Shown one piece after another: positions 61,281 through 64,000 of a DNA stretch of 64,000 nt. The notes under the pieces were generated by a model, which had not been told where the DNA came from, ran no database searches, and saw only the letters and a program-made list of their open reading frames with translations. The translations under genes were made by a program, and so were the position numbers. The DNA lies in contig JAQGDQ010000237.1 in assembly GCA_030141605.1 (NCBI GenBank), positions 228,044 to 292,043 on the forward strand, in the 5' to 3' direction. How positions within the stretch are numbered: position 1 is the stretch's first letter; every line of letters starts with the position of its first letter. The DNA comes from Tubiluchus corallicola (lineage: Eukaryota; Animalia; Priapulida).

Positions 61281-62441
61281 ATGGCAGAGCAGGACGCACT
61301 CTTACCAGTGGTCAAGCACAGCAAAACTGGACAGTTAGTTCCATCACGAGTGAATCGCATTCCGGAACCCATTCCAGTTTTCGTGTACAGGAATGGAGAC
61401 AAATTCTTCACACCTATTAAACTGATATTTCATCAACATGAAACGCTAGAGATGATTTTGCAAATTATTTCCAAAAAGATTTCGTTAACTCGTGGTCATG
61501 TTGACCAGCTGTACCAGATTGCCGATGGTTCCCTGATAACGGATGAGAAAATGTTGAAATCCTGGGATCGTTTAGCGGCTGCTACAATGCATGAAGAGTT
61601 CCAAAACGTTAAATATGTATCACCACAGCTAAAGAAAAACATCAAGGACCCTCATCGTCTGGAAAAACTGAAAGCCGAGCATTTTAAGGTGTCCAAGGGA
61701 ATCGTTGTTGGAAAATCCAAGAAGCGGCATTCGCTTCCCGCAGAGCCCTTCTCTAAAAGGGATATAACTGTCCAGCAAAAATCACAGAGACCAAAAGCAG
61801 AGGATGACGACGATGATTTTGTGGCGTTCAGGAAAGTTATAACATCTAGAAGACGGCATACATTTCATGGAGATACTTTCGCCATGCACGACGCCATGGA
61901 ACTGTTACAAAGCTCAATAGCAAAAGGTGGTAAACTGGAGAAGCTAGATGAACTTGATGAAACCCCTATATATTTGCAAGATGAACTTCAAACAAAAAGT
62001 CTGACTGAAGTGACTCAAAAGGGCAGTGAAAAAGCGAAAAGTTCTGCCAAGAAGAATTTGGAGACAATGAAAATGTCACGGCGCTTAACAGCAACAGATA
62101 GTAAACTGGAGAAGTTGGACGAATACGATGAAAGTCCTGTATATAAAGAAGACGAATTTCAAACAAAAAGGGCTACTGATGTGACTGAAAAGGACAGCGA
62201 AGAAGCAAAAAATTCTGGATTTGAAAAATCAAAAAATGCTCACATTATCTTCTACGGGAGCACCGAGGATCTTGACGAATGGTACAAGTCACAACTGCAA
62301 CCAGTGGGCTCGTGGACGTGGTGGAATACGTGTTACGACAGATCAAGTAAATGGCACAAATGGATCGATGCCTACTTGAGGTCAACCCGTAAACACGCGA
62401 AAGATCTATGTTGCCCCAAAACAGGGGCACATGAAAATTAG
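61281..62441 (+). CDS. Doublecortin (DCX)-domain protein, 386 aa, single coding exon
   Basis: AAACATGG start context. VFVYRNGDKFF...TLEMILQIISKKISLTRGHVDQLY...DGSLI...AA...EEFQNVKY matches one DCX domain. Followed by a charged tail with a duplicated 57-aa unit. A likely 5'-UTR acceptor (ttacag) ends at 61151. Confidence 0.85.
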   Translation: MAEQDALLPVVKHSKTGQLVPSRVNRIPEPIPVFVYRNGDKFFTPIKLIFHQHETLEMILQIISKKISLTRGHVDQLYQIADGSLITDEKMLKSWDRLAAATMHEEFQNVKYVSPQLKKNIKDPHRLEKLKAEHFKVSKGIVVGKSKKRHSLPAEPFSKRDITVQQKSQRPKAEDDDDDFVAFRKVITSRRRHTFHGDTFAMHDAMELLQSSIAKGGKLEKLDELDETPIYLQDELQTKSLTEVTQKGSEKAKSSAKKNLETMKMSRRLTATDSKLEKLDEYDESPVYKEDEFQTKRATDVTEKDSEEAKNSGFEKSKNAHIIFYGSTEDLDEWYKSQLQPVGSWTWWNTCYDRSSKWHKWIDAYLRSTRKHAKDLCCPKTGAHEN

Positions 62442-64000
62442 ATTGTTTGCAGCTCAGTAAAAATAGCTACAACGAAAATTATTATTTACTTGTACGCCTA
62501 GCGAAAGTTAAGAAACTGATGACACTTAATGGATTTTGTTACTGTATAATAATAATTATGTTCTTATATATCAGTTATCTATTTAATTTTTACGTTTGCA
62601 CACATTTGTGCTGTGCATTAAAATTTAAATATTATATAATCATACTATTTTTTAATCATGACATTTGCCCGTATACATAACCGACATACATAAGGCAACA
62701 AAGTTAATGTAGAAGATTGCAGCAGAATAATAAAGAAGAAATTGTTAAATCCACGACCAAATTCAAATGAGTAGAGGCACATGGACACAGAATGACGTCA
62801 TTTTATATGTCAGTATTGCATTATTTTTCTGTCGTTATTTCGTTACTAAGACAACAGTTTCTATGCAGTGCGATCAAAAATACTAGAAGAAGCCAACTAC
62901 AGTGAGTATAGTAAATCGATTACAGATATTTTCGAAAAAAAAATCCTGAAAACATGCCCATGCACGCATTTACGCACACGCGCATTTCCGCTCAGATAAT
63001 AGAAAATAAACCAAACAAACGAACAGAACAATCACGGTTGTAGTTTTTGTGTTTTTGTGTTTTTTGTTTATTTCAAAACAGATATTAAAATTTTTAGCCC
63101 TGCATATCCGGCAAGCACAGAGACTAAATGGTTCGTTATGTGAAGTTACAAACAGAAAGCATGAATTCATTGAGTATTTGTTTCGAAGCGTTGCAATTTT
63201 ACTAGCATGACAGCATTTCCTATTACACAGTTTTGGGTGCTGAAGAAGACCAGAAGTGATCAAACTATCTATCCAGGAATAAACTCCCAACAAAAATTAA
63301 TGACTTTTATGTTTATATACTTTTTGGGAAAGTTGGCTAGTGGACAAAAAAAATAAGTCCCTCTTAAAAATGCTATAGGACCTAAGAATCTTTATCCAAT
63401 TTGTATGTAAATTTAACACGGTAAAGTGACATTTATGTAGCACCCCTAATGCGAATGAGTTATGAGGGGTTATGGAATAAATAAAATCGGTTTATATTGT
63501 TTTCAATGCAGCCGTTTGTCAGACCTGCGTTATGCGACATTTTCTTCTGCGGGTATTTCCTATTGATTTTTTTTATTTCGCAGCTATTCCGCAGCTAGAT
63601 AACACATTCCGGATGCTACACAAACGCTACTTAAAACAGAAATTTTTCCACACTTATCCGCCGTTATTGCTAAGAAAGTCGAAAAAATAAACATTTTCTG
63701 CTTGATTTTGACATTTAACCTATAAAAATGAGAAAAACTAGATACTTCCTATGAAGTACTGTCTTAATGGACGCGTTAATTCATTTTATTTTATTTACTC
63801 ATTTATTTTACTTTTGTTTTTTTTTCAGATTTCCAAATTCTTTTCTTCTCTCATGTATCTCAGTGGAATCACTCTTCCTTAGCATTTTATCAACGCCTGA
63901 TCTTGACTACTTCTTATTGGGAAACTTACAGAAAATCGGGAAGGTGGCAACAATAAAACTTTAGCAGTCGGTAAACGAGGAATTCGATTGTGTACGTTAC

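Noticed and set aside
63829-63970. Exon-like segment (tttcag|...|gtaaac) at the window end
   Set aside because: All three frames contain a stop and no homology is recognisable; it could be a UTR exon but cannot be supported here.

Overview
AT-rich animal (non-bacterial) genomic DNA with spliceosomal genes. From left to right it holds: (1) a nearly complete, ORF-intact BEL/Pao LTR retrotransposon on the minus strand (1..8494; left LTR cut by the window edge), lying antisense in an intron of (2) an ataxin-10 (ATXN10) orthologue, whose last 8 coding exons (8568..19603, +) I reconstructed with consistent phases and whose last intron is U12-type; (3) a complete 4-exon Wnt7 gene (48009..25772, -, 353 aa) tail-to-tail with ATXN10, the same arrangement as human ATXN10/WNT7B; (4) a frameshifted pentraxin-domain gene fragment (55310..56986); (5) a single-coding-exon doublecortin-domain gene with an internal 57-aa duplication (61281..62441). 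Introns and intergenic DNA carry hAT-, pogo/Tc1-, piggyBac-, Kolobok- and Harbinger-type elements, a solo LTR, LINE fragments, a 330-bp near-perfect palindrome and many microsatellites. I found no convincing wholly new system. The best leads are the minor intron, the LTR architecture and asymmetric LTR divergence, the ATXN10-Wnt7 linkage, the long palindrome and the unusual DCX protein. All alignments and counts were made by eye; no database searches were run.
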